Position numbers and translations under genes: made by a program
Shown here: piece after piece, positions 25,494 to 36,900 of the stretch
Layout: each line of letters opens with the position of its first letter
How positions within the stretch are numbered: the stretch's first letter is position 1
Notes under the pieces: model-generated
What the model was told of the DNA's origin: nothing
Databases searched by the model: none
Seen by the model: the letters and a program-made list of their open reading frames with translations, nothing else
Assembly: GCA_010909165.1 (NCBI GenBank)
Contig: MU008154.1
Location: 857,478 to 921,477 of the forward strand
Source: Anthoceros angustus
Taxonomy: Eukaryota; Plantae; Anthocerotophyta
Length of the DNA stretch: 64,000 bases
Reading direction: 5' to 3'

Positions 25494-26007
25494 TCTTTGT
25501 GCTACTCGATAAAGCCTCGATTCGAAGAAACTCGATTGGGAACCCGAATTTCACAATTCGCAACTGTAGCGCAGTTGCAGCAGAACACTACCTTGGCAAC
25601 CGGCAAATGCCCGGGTGCAGCACAACAGCAGATCAACACGTTCCGGAGAGCAGGTGAAATTAAAATTCTCCACAGAACCGCCGCCACAAGGAATAGCAGC
25701 CTTTGCGAAATCTTGGAACCCACGGAGTCCCACAAGACGCTCTCCCCTGCCACCTTCTACTGATCTCCCAAGCTCCATCCAGAAAGAGTAGAGGAGAGAA
25801 AAAGTTCATTCAATTGATGAGGAAAATCTGGAAGCCTCCAGCTTGTCCAGCAGAATTTTCGAACCTTCCTAACACCGACGTTGCGTGCGGACCAAGTATA
25901 CAAGTAGGGCTTATAGTACACCACCTGAAAGTGCGGATTCCTTCGGTTTCTTCCACGCTTTTAGCTTGGTATGGATTAACTTTCGTACTAGCTTGGTATG
26001 GATTCAA

Positions 26008-26118
26008 GTTTCTTCGAATCGAGGCTTTATAGAGTAGCAGGAAGAATGGTACGGGATTTACCGTGGTGTTGGCCAAGTTAATTGTGATTTATGTGTGAAG
26101 CCTGGATTCTGTTGGATT
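26008..26118 (+). repeat. Inverted diverged copy of PAM16 exon 1 and intron-1 start (partner at 25427-25535)
   Basis: Reverse complement matches TCCAGGCTTCACACATAAATCACAATTAACTTGGCCAACACCACG...CCCGTACCATTCTT...AAAGCCTCGATTCGAAGAAAC. Confidence 0.9.
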
Positions 26119-26320
26119 TAGAAAGAAGAAGAAGAAGAAAATTTTTATTTAAGTCCATTAAGGACGGATTTCCGTTATGGGACTTGGTACTTAACAACTT
26201 GTACCATGGTGTGCCTAAGCTACTTGCACCAAGGGCATTCATTCCCTTTAGACACCCCATCTAAGTACATACCGATCTAAGCTCAGGATGCTTAATCACT
26301 ACGTTCTTATAAATGTGACT
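26115..26320. mobile_element. Dispersed ~250-bp non-autonomous element with a GAA-repeat end
   Basis: Nearly identical to 50330-50570. It runs from (GAA)n to ...TTCTTATAAATGTG. Confidence 0.7.
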
Positions 26321-26475
26321 ACGTCAGAGAGGAAATTCCTCTCTTGGATATTACTCCACATATAACTAGGGTTAGGGCAAGGGTTGTTGGACAAAGGGCG
26401 ACCATGGCAGCAGTCTAACCCCTGGATTGGAAATTTTGCGTTGGATCGGCGAGGGTTGTCAAGCCGCCTGAGGGG

Positions 26476-27101
26476 ATGACGCAAAAGAGTGGGCTGTTCA
26501 AGGGCCAGCAAAAGAAGACCAGCGCAGCTAATCGTCACGGGAAGGGGACGCATATCCGGAAAGGTCAGCCTTGGCTTCCAGATTTCTCATGGTTCCTCAG
26601 CATCAATCTGGTTGTTCTGTTGCTGATGCTTTCTCGTGTCACATGCCTGGGGAAGCATGGTCGTCAGCCCCTACTGATTTGATGATCATACTCTTTGGTT
26701 GCAGGGAAGGTGTTCAAGGCACCTCTGAAGAAGACCAAGGACCTAGAGCAGAGCATTGTAAGTGGCTGAAGTGGCTGTGGTGGCTCGAAATTTGTGTCTC
26801 CCTGTGCGAGGATTGTCTGGTAGCTATTGCCATAGTCCCTGGAGATGGGGGGTTGGAAGTAGTGACGTGGTTCTTGTGCTGAATGTTTCTCATCGAGTGA
26901 GCTGTGTTTGGTTGGTGTTAGGAAGTTGGGAAATTTATTAACCAAGCCAATGAGATGAAGGCCGCCGCAGCAGCTAGCAAAGAAGGAGCCCAGCTGAGGC
27001 TAGTCAAGGCACCTGTGGATGAATCCAAACCTGCGAAGATCAAGTCCGTGTTGGCGAAGGCTAAGGCGAAGTCTCCGGGTGGGAAGACGAAGTTGAAGTA
27101 G
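26476..27101 (+). CDS. UPF0390 / Leydig-cell-tumour-10kDa-like (DUF2462) small basic protein, 3 exons
   Basis: Exons 26476-26563, 26705-26757 and 26922-27101 give MTQKSGLFKGQQKKTSAANRHGKGTHIRKGKVFKAPLKKTKDLEQSIEVGKFINQANEMKAAAAASKEGAQLRLVK..., a family-typical sequence. Confidence 0.78.
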
Positions 27102-27463
27102 AGCGTTGGGACAGTGTGGATGATACGTGTAGCACCTGGCTTTGAGTCCTCGTCTTGGGGGAGGCGCTTAAGCTGGCTACTCTCGATTCGGAGCAGTTGC
27201 TTCCAGGGCGAATTGCCCGACACGCTGACTGTGTCATGGGAGGCTGGATCGCTGGTCTGGCAGGCTCCGGAATCTGACTATAATAGAATTCTTTTCTTCT
27301 TTACCTAGGGTAGTGAAACCTGCCACGGTACTCAGGTCCGACCCGGTTGCGTTCTGCAGGCATATCGATCCAAGACGTTTCTATCATTCAACAAAACTCA
27401 TTTGGAATTTTTGGCATGGCGCTGCTCGGGTGAGAGCATGCGGCTCGCTGAAGTGATCGAGTT

Positions 27464-29353
27464 ATGGCGACCCGCCTGCGGATTGCCTTCGACTTGGACG
27501 CCGAATTGCTCCGATCTCCATCTGCAGTTCTTTGGCTGCTAGGCGCTCCATGGCAGCCGCTCACGATTTTGGCACCTCTGCACTGTCAGCACTTCCTTGC
27601 ACCTCTGGTCCCGGAAGTGAATGCTGAGGTAGAGGAATTGCGAGTCCTTGTGCCTTCAGGGTTGGAGGTGGTGGGTGCTCTGGTAGTAGGCGGATCGGAA
27701 GCTGATGATATTCTTCGGAGAGCTGCCAAGGCGGCCTTGAGCATCAGGGCCAAGCTGGGAGTACGGGAGGGCAGCCCTAGCCATGTAGTTGCTGGATTCG
27801 GCTCCAGGGTGGGGGAACGGTGGAATTTTGTCCACAGATTGTATGATGCTGGACTGGCTCCGGTTGTCGACTGTTTGGAGGTTTTGAATGGTGGTGGCGA
27901 TTTGGGAGATGAATTTTGGAAGGCTACACGGCTTCTGCGGTGCCAGATGCAGCTCAATCTGGATTTGTACCTTCCAGACGCTTGTAGTGCGTTACAGTAC
28001 GATGAGCAGGTTGGGAAAGCTGTGACAGAGGTTGTAGCAGATCTGAAGAGTGGGAGAACTCTTTTTTTGACTGAGAACCTGCCACAGAGAGGGAATGTGC
28101 TGGTTGAACCATATAAGTATGAAGGGTCCGCGGGGCTTGATGGTGGGAAGGAGAATCCAGTATGGAATGGCAACGGGCACGAGAGGATATCAGACTTCGG
28201 CTCAGGCCAGCTGGTCACTTTTGGTTCTGGTGTTAGGGTATCTGTGCCGGTGTCTTTCACTCCACTTATCAGGCAAGCCAGTGTTGGAAAGAAGATTGAG
28301 GCCCCTCTCTTGCACTACTTGCCAGCGGGAGGTACCGTGACGTTGCTGCCTTTGAACCTGGATGTGCTTTGTGTGGAGAGCATTGGTGCATTGCTGTCTC
28401 ATGCAGTGGCTGAGCTAGTGCTTCCTGCCTTATGCAACCAGCTGGTGGCTATGCAGAAGGTATGTGCAAGAAACGCCATGCTGAATCCCAAAGTTGCTGC
28501 CTACCACTTCTGGCCGGAGGGCTTTCTGCATCCAGTGACTGGCTTGTACGATTTGAGTTACGGGGAAACTGAGCTGGGGCAAGTGGAACAGAGGAAGAAG
28601 CTGCATGAGCGGCTTGGGTTGCCTTCGAACAGGCCCTTGCTTCGTGTGGCAAATGCCCTGGACTTCACTGTTCCCGATGCCATTCGATCCTCCAGAGCCA
28701 CGCGGTTAAGAGATGTTCATGCAGCTGTGACGGCCTCTCCTGTGAGAGGCGGGACCAAGAGTTTTGTGCAAGGCTCATATGAGTACTTCCATTACCTTCA
28801 AGATCATGTTGATGACAATGGGTGGGGCTGTGCATATCGTTCATTGCAAACGATAGTCTCCTGGTTTAAGCTGCAGCAGTATACATCCCTTGACGTTCCC
28901 TCGCACAGAGAAATACAGGAGATTCTAGTGGATATTGGAGATAAGGAGCGTTCCTTTGTCGGGTCGAGGGAATGGATCGGTGCCATTGAGCTAAGTTTTG
29001 TCCTCGATAAGCTTCTAGGTGTCTCTTCAAAGATACTGAATGTGAACTCGGGGGCAGAGCTTCCAGGGAAATGCAGGGAGCTGGCGTTGCATTTTAAGAC
29101 TCAGGGTACGCCCATTATGATAGGTGGGGGTGTGCTTGCGTACACACTGTTGGGGATCGATTTCAATGAGTTCACTGGGGAAAGTGCCTTCCTCATACTG
29201 GATCCACACTACACAGGGGGAGATGATTTGAAGCCTATCGTCAGTGGGGGATGGTGTGGATGGAAGAAGGCTGTGTCAGACTCGGGTGAAGAGTTTTTCT
29301 TGCGGAACAAGTTTTACAACCTTTTGCTTCCTCAGCGCCCTATCACTGTATGA
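27464..29353 (+). CDS. UFSP2: UFM1-specific protease 2 (peptidase C78), single exon
   Basis: 629-aa ORF with the catalytic Cys box YFHYLQD..DDNGWGCAYRSLQT, WIGAIE and DPHYTG. Confidence 0.95.
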   Translation: MATRLRIAFDLDAELLRSPSAVLWLLGAPWQPLTILAPLHCQHFLAPLVPEVNAEVEELRVLVPSGLEVVGALVVGGSEADDILRRAAKAALSIRAKLGVREGSPSHVVAGFGSRVGERWNFVHRLYDAGLAPVVDCLEVLNGGGDLGDEFWKATRLLRCQMQLNLDLYLPDACSALQYDEQVGKAVTEVVADLKSGRTLFLTENLPQRGNVLVEPYKYEGSAGLDGGKENPVWNGNGHERISDFGSGQLVTFGSGVRVSVPVSFTPLIRQASVGKKIEAPLLHYLPAGGTVTLLPLNLDVLCVESIGALLSHAVAELVLPALCNQLVAMQKVCARNAMLNPKVAAYHFWPEGFLHPVTGLYDLSYGETELGQVEQRKKLHERLGLPSNRPLLRVANALDFTVPDAIRSSRATRLRDVHAAVTASPVRGGTKSFVQGSYEYFHYLQDHVDDNGWGCAYRSLQTIVSWFKLQQYTSLDVPSHREIQEILVDIGDKERSFVGSREWIGAIELSFVLDKLLGVSSKILNVNSGAELPGKCRELALHFKTQGTPIMIGGGVLAYTLLGIDFNEFTGESAFLILDPHYTGGDDLKPIVSGGWCGWKKAVSDSGEEFFLRNKFYNLLLPQRPITV

Positions 29354-29961
29354 GTTGAGGTTGTTGAGGAAATGGTCACTGCAAAACTCAGGTAGATGTC
29401 CTCGACTTCATAACTGCGCTCTTCCAATTCTCTGGATCACATGTTATCTGAAAGTACTCACAGACTGCACCAACAGTTTGCCCACAAGAGTGTAGTGGTG
29501 GGTTAAGAGTGCCGAGAATGTCTCTCTCGGTAGTTGGGTCAAGTCTCATTGACCCTGGAGGTACAGACTTCTACAGCGCATCAGTTCCAAGAAGACGGAT
29601 TTTTTAAAGTAGGAGTACAGAAATCTTGGCCTTTCCGGCCAATCTGCTGAAATCAATTCATTTTGAAAGAACAGGAATTTGTCGAATTCTGCACCTCCCC
29701 TAACAAGCCTTCGCTGACACAGTTCAGCGGCAGCTGACGCATCTCTACTATTAACATTAATGTACATCCTTCGTGAGCTATGACAACCAAGACACTTTTT
29801 CCCATGTGGGTACTTCTTGCCCTCACAAATAGTCCTATACTGGAATGAATGACAGTGAATATCATGTACTGCTAAAGAGGAGAGACGGCAACAAGACTGA
29901 TTGTTCTTCCTGCCAAGAAAGGTCACCTACTAGTACAGTGCTGCAAAGGCAGCATTTTATG

Positions 29962-32210
29962 TTATGTGTAGTTCTCATGCTTCACTCTGGCCTTGAGTAT
30001 GCTCGGTACTGGCGGAGATGTCGAGCCTTTGTTGAAAGAAGAGTACGGAACTCCATAGGCAGCCCTCGGTGTGTGATTGCATGCATGAGGAAACAAATTG
30101 GAAACAGGGGATGCCTCTTCCTCGTATGTCCCGTCCAAACCATCCTCAGAATCCACACGCCCGAGTCCCTCAGGGCTGCCCGCGTGCTCGCAAAAATTCA
30201 TAGCCTTCAGCACGTATGCATCATCGTGAAGCTCAAATGGAGTACTGCAATGCCGAAACAGAGACATGGTTCAAGCTTACAAAACTTGGTATATCCTATT
30301 CAGGATCCTATCACGAAACATACTATACCGGCAATCTCCTTGCATGCGGCACACAAGGCACACTGCATTCCCCAGGGAGACGGGATCTAGGCGGGAAACC
30401 AACCTGTTGAAGTCAAAGTGTACAAGCTGCATGTCCTCGGATATCTCCACTTCCACTGTGGCCTGGGGCCGAGTCTGTAAGCAAGACAAAAACCGTGAAC
30501 TGGAGCACAAGGTATGATTTAATGATTCAGAACACAGTTCACTAGTACGCAGTACCTGGACGAGGATAAATGGCAATGCAACTCCTCCAGCAGGAAAATT
30601 TCCAGTGCCGTTATATAATCTCTCATTCCGCTGTACAAGGTTCTGAATACCTATAATCTGCGGGACAAACCACAAAGATGTTCGTCATAAACCATGGTGT
30701 ATATAATACATGTAGAAACCGCGTATTGCTTGCTACAAACATACTCCAAACGATGCATGGTGAGGAGCAAAGGGAGCAGAAAGTCCAGCACGACCCGAAA
30801 GGGGATCAGCCTCCATTCCAAGAGTGTCATGAGTTATCATATACCTGTTCTTCTAACTCCTGCAAGTAAGCTGCTTTCTTCTCTATCCTGCTCCTGACTC
30901 GAATTCGCTCAGCCTGTGAAGTTCATCTAGATTTACTAAGGTCCAGAAGGGATCGCGTAGAGAACTTATTAACACAGCTGAACAGTGTGAAAAGTAAAAT
31001 TTGAAATGCACCCTACCTTCAGCTGTTCAATGTCATTGACACTTGTACTGGGCAAACCCTTCCATTGGATTTCCTTTTTCTCTTTGGAGATTATCTCCAT
31101 CGCCATGAGCACATTGAGTGCATCATAGACCCTTCGCCTGATGTTCTTCTCATCATATTGTTGCTGGACAGGACACAGACATCTACATGAAACACCTGCA
31201 TGCGAGGGAAGTACATGTAGCAAACACTACTACGGGACACACAAAAACCCGTCTCCTACTTCCCATGCTGAACAAGCCCTGCGGTCGTAAAACATATAGC
31301 CTGCAAAGACTACTCTTTACCAAAATCAGTGACGAAGACAGACCTGGTCAGGAGATACCAGCATACTCTCTGGATTGGTGAATTCGGCCACCAGCTCATC
31401 TGCCACCTGCAGAGCACACACTAACCGAATCAGCATCCCCTGCAAATTCTCTCCACCAGCCAGGTCACGGCAGATATATGTCAAAACTTGCCTCGTTATA
31501 AGATGTACGACCTTTGCTCTCTACCTTTTCACAAACTAGAAGCACAAAAACGCATCCAAGATTCGTTAGGGTATGGCCAGTACGCAAACACGCAGCCACA
31601 AGCCAGTCATTCAGTAACATCAACAAAAGGCAACGCCGAGCAGAGATCCGCAACAACCTTTCATGCTAAAATGGCGAAGCCCTTTCCCCCCCTTCTCCCC
31701 CCCCGATCGTTGTCCGCGCTTCTTCCGCCGCCTGAAATTCCAGAAAAGCACAACCTCCCGTGAGCCACAAATTACTCCAAAACCGCTTCAATTCACGGAG
31801 CCAGCAGCAAAAAAATCCATCTCCCACAAAAATGCAAACCCCAGCGACACGCAATTGCAGACCCTGCACGGAATCTCAGGCACAACAAATTCTCACCCTA
31901 CGACGTCCGGGGAATCGGGATCATCCCCGAGCCCGTCCAGGTGCTGGAGCCTGGCAGCGGCAGCGGCGCCGTTCCGTCCGTTAGGCGTGGTCATCACCAC
32001 GTCACTCCCCCGGGATGGAGAGCCGTTGCTTCCGCTGTCCATGGAGATTGCAGGCGCAGAGGCAGAGGCTGCCGGGCCCGAGGAGCCTACCAGGGCAAAC
32101 TTGCCGGGCTGAGCCTTCGGCAGGCCATTACCATTGCCATGGCCCGAGGCCCCGAACTCCGCTGCTGCTGCTCCCAGTGCAGAGCCAAAATCTTTGCCCA
32201 TCATTTCCAT
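29962..32210 (-). CDS. DP: E2F dimerisation partner DP transcription factor (DPb-like), multi-exon
   Basis: [91 protein letters not shown] and C-terminal ILKARVKHE. Confidence 0.95.
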
Positions 32211-32555
32211 TCCCCTGGTAAAGACCCGCGGCTGTCGTAGATCCAGATCCCCATCCGGCGCGACATGGATGCTGCGATTCCTGGCGCTCTTCTCCCCGTC
32301 TGCTGCGACGCCAAACCCTTTCCTCCTGCGGACTCCAGGATCAAGCAAAGCGCAGCGCACGGCAGGCTGCTGGGCAGCAGCAGGCACGGCACGCAGGGTC
32401 GGTCTGTTTGAATGCCACCATTGCCGAAATCCCTCCAAGTTCAGACCACCACCATCTCTCTTGCCCCCGCCTCCCCTCTCTCTTCCTCTCTCTTTCCCTC
32501 TATTCCTCTCTCCCCTTCAACTGTAGGTTAGCGGAGGTTTTCGCGATCCCCCTAG

Positions 32556-32563
32556 ATTTGGCG
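32556..32563 (+). promoter_or_regulatory. E2F consensus site TTTGGCGG upstream of DP (a second site at 33355-33362, minus strand)
   Basis: Exact match to the plant E2F consensus WTTSSCSS. Short motif, so a chance match is possible. Confidence 0.4.
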
Positions 32564-33575
32564 GGCCTACCTCGGGCCCCCCACCACTCCCTTCGGATTT
32601 GGACTCCCACTCCCAACCACGATTAACCTCAATCCCACAATTACTACGTTTTAGTTTCCATGTATTTTGCCCGCATCGTTAGAATTTGAGCATTGCAAGG
32701 CTCTATGATTAAAATTAGCCACACACCTTCCGCTATTGATTCAAAGGGCTTTCATGTATGATATTTATATAACTTGATGGTCTATATTTTTATTATAAAT
32801 ATATCGCATCCATCATTGATTGGAAATTGGAGATATGGAATCGACCTCATACTTTTGAATTCCATCAAAGACACTTCCTTTCATCATTGATTGCGAATGA
32901 CCGAGACACAAAGTCATTCGAACTGCTGGTCCTCGTCATCGTCATGACCAATGAACTTCCTATAGTAAAATGAATTCCACAATATGATAATCTGGATAAT
33001 ATAATGTAGAAATACAAAGTACTTTTCACAAATTAATAAGGAGTGGGGTGGTTTGCATGGTTCTGCCTCCATTGGGCCGGCTAACTTTAGCGGAGGGTGG
33101 AGGTGCACGTCTAGCGACCCACCTCACCTACCGGTTGAAGCCGGTGCCGGATCCCCAGAATTATACTCGTTATATTTGCATTGACCGGGCATGCCCCATG
33201 TGGATAATGGGAGGAAGGGCAAAAGATGGAAAAAGGCAGGACAGTAGAATATTGGGGTGCAAGGAAAATATCTGGTCCCAATCAGGGGGACGCGTGGAAG
33301 GGGTGAGTGGGGAGCGGGGCCCAGCAGGTACCGGTAACCGGACAAATTAGGGACCCGCCAAATGTCGATTTGAATGGCGAGCTAAAATATAGGCGGATGC
33401 AGTGTGAACGCGGGCGGGCGAAGGGGGTCATGCCGGCCCTGCGGCATGGTGACGCTGGCCTGGGTTGGGGGGTTGGGTCGGACGACACGCTTCTCGGGGG
33501 ACACCGGCCCCGGGTTTGTCGCCTTGCGCCATCTGACCGATTCCGAATTCCAGCTTACCAGCCTTTGTGTGGATT

Positions 33576-33836
33576 TTAGGGTTTCAGACACCCCTGGCCG
33601 GGGGCGGGCCACTCAAGGTCACTCTTGTCGGCACTCTTTGCGCTCGCAAAGCCTGCCTGTGGGAGCCCCAAACGTGACGCATCCGTTTCATCAACTCCCC
33701 ACCTGCTGCCTCACCACACCCTTGCTCACATTTACTCCCCACAAGGCCACAGCGCCGTGCCTTTACCTGCACTACAGGGACATGCTGTGGTTTTCTTTTA
33801 GGGTTTGTACCTACGGAGGACTTCTCAAACCCTAGT
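33576..33836. promoter_or_regulatory. Three telo-box-like motifs (AAACCCTA) upstream of CFAP61
   Basis: TTAGGGTTT at 33576 and 33798; AAACCCTAG at 33828. Confidence 0.35.
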
Positions 33837-33904
33837 GATGTATGTGGTTGGTGGATAGTAATTGAGTTGGGAATGAGCAGTACTGCTTGTCCAGCACATT
33901 GAGA

Positions 33905-36900
33905 ATGGCGGCAAATAGATATACGGTCCGAGCTGTGTGCGATCTGGATGTTGTCAAGTTGAACGAGCTCTTCAAACAAAGAAAACCTAGCTTGCAAGCT
34001 ATATTTGGGAGATTTGAGTGGAGCCATGTTGTGTATGTGTTGTAATGCTTTAGTATTTCATCTTGGTACGAGAGTTAAAACAATGTCGTTGTGTCAACGT
34101 TGATGAAAGTGCTTTGCTATTTTGCCAGAGAGATCGCTCTTTATTCCTTGGTTGCTACAAATGCTAAACAAGAGCTGATAGCGTTTGCTGCTTTTGATGA
34201 TGCACCCCCTGTCCCTGGAAATGTGGCTCAAAACAATGAAACCAAAGCTGCTCAATGGGCCACATTGGGTGCAATAGACATTGGATATTTGGTTTGTTGC
34301 GATGATATCACCTTTTTTTTCTTTATTCTTTTGTAAATATTCCTTTTTCTTAATGACCATCCCCCATAATGCAAGATACTATCTTATTTTCGTAGGTTTC
34401 TTTTGCAGAAAGAAAATATCTTATGGCTGAAAATGGGTGTGGCACTCTCAACAAAGGCAGAGGAAGAAATGGATGTACTCTCTACGCTCATGCAAGCAGC
34501 CGCGACACTAGCTCCTAGCACACAAGTGTTTCTTCATACAAGTAAGTAGCCGTGACACTAGCTCTTAGCACACAAGTGTTTCTTCATACAAGTACGTATC
34601 TTGAACAAGCTATAGAGCTTATATTACTCAAATATGGAACATTACCATGATGATTATTTTCATAGGTCCTTTGGAGCAGCATATATTGCCGACCATATTC
34701 AAGCCTATGTCAAGATCCCAAGAATATCGAATCATGATCTCTTCCTGTATCCGCAGGTAACAGTAATTTTTTATAATTTTATAAATTATTATTCTGATAT
34801 ATATTATTATCTCACTATTTAAAAATTTTGAATCTTTCTATTGATATATTTGATCATGAGAAAATCACATCAACACTAAGTTATGACACTAAGACGGTTG
34901 CAACCTGTTTTGGTCGCACATGTTACAATAGATTGAGATATGTGTGCCTACTTTTTGGCAATTGCCAGCACTGTATTCCCACCTCTCCAAGTTAGAAGAG
35001 CTAAAGTGGAGGATTATGATGATTTAATACCAATAATTGAGAAAGCTCAAGGACGCAATTATCCACTATCTCACGTACCGCAAGCAGTGGACCCCTCAAA
35101 AAATTACTCAATTGCCCGCATGATAGCTGGACAAAATAACTACAACTCTGTTTTAGTAGCAAAGGTATGTTATATACAACAATAAGCATGTTGGTTTTGG
35201 TCAAGAGATATTAGAAGCAAATTCTTCAAAATTGTGCATTTTCACTGCTAAAATCATCTAATAGTTTGTCAGGTTGCCGACAAACTTGTGGGAATTATGG
35301 CTTGCACAGCAGTAATTGATTTTGAGCCATACCAAGCTAAGTTCAATGTTGATATATACGATGTACTAACAACCCAGAAGGTGTGTATCTTTACCTGATA
35401 ACTTTTTTGTTCTACCAAAATATTGCTGGGATTCAACCACATACTTTTTAGATATGCTACCACATGATTTTAGGGGCTAAATATTTGGTTAATAAACATG
35501 GTAAAAGGTATGCAGGAACATCAACAACCTATACAACCTTTACCACCTATTGAGGAACCAAAACCTGCTATTGGTACCTATTTGTTAATCTAATCAATAT
35601 TTCAATATATGCATGTTACTTAAAATACTAATTAGTAATTCATTTGTAAATAGGTACTCAAGCTTCCAATCTCCTACCCTTCAATTTGGGAATGCCTACA
35701 GCACCAACCAAAACGACACCTCCTAAGAAAGGTCCTTCTAAACCAGAGGCTAAACTTACTCCAGCTCAACAAAGAGAGGAGGAAGAGAAGTTAAAGAAAA
35801 AAGAAACAGAATTACAAGCAAAGGCAAAAGCTGAAGAAGAAAGACAATTGAAAGAGCTTGAACAAAAAAAAATTGACGATGAAAAGAGAGAGAAAGAACT
35901 TGAAATTAAAAGGAAACAAGAAGAGGAACGACAAAGGATCCATACAGAAAAAAGGAGAGTATCCTTACTAAACAAAGCGATGTTTCAGATCACCTTCTTG
36001 TGCATTCAGGAAGAATTTGAAAGTCGAGCGATTGATTTTCTTCAAGCAGCTTTTAAGGTGAACATATTTCTTGTCTAAGTATTTGCCTTTGAGACCGACG
36101 TTGTAATGTGATGTAAGTTTTCTCCATGTATGCTCATATGCCAGCATAAACCTGACTTCCAACTTGTTCAATGAAGCTAGAGAAGAAGGAGTTTTGCATG
36201 GTTGAGCTGCCATATACCTCTAAATTTATCCCTCTACTTTACTATTTTACAAAGATATCCTTGCGAAATAGCAGCAAAGAAGCTCCTCCTAAGCCGTTGT
36301 ATGATAGGGCAATTTATTTGATGCACAAAGGAGCAATTGCCTCAGTTAATCTCATCATTTGTTTTCTTTGATTTACTTGCTTATATAGTAGGAAATCTTT
36401 TTAGTAAAACATAGCTTTATCTTTCCAAGTTTATCTTCTGTTTTCTTGAGTTTGATGGATTCATGTGGCTCCTTAAGATAAATTAAAGTATTTTTATTTT
36501 TCAATACTAAATACCATTGATTATTTACAGGGGTTCGAAATACGGCCAGCAAAATCCATAGACGCTAATGGAATAGGGGACCTCGTGAACGATTTCATTA
36601 ATGGGCGAAGCATAGTTGAATCCATACACTACCCAAAAGAAGGATGTAAGTGGCGTAGACGATACGAAGGGCAAGATGTCAATTGTTCTCAATACAACAA
36701 TCTGGTGAAACTTTGTTTGCTGCAGGCATAAATATGGTGGCTACGTTGTCAACTCAGATCGTGGGGTACGCAATGCTTGAAGAATCTGCTCCCGTGGATG
36801 CCCTTTCCAGTCATTTCAACCTGACCTCCTTTCTGACACGTGAAGACCACCCTGATGGTGCTCATGCCATCATCATCCTGTTTGTTTTGAATCCCATTTT

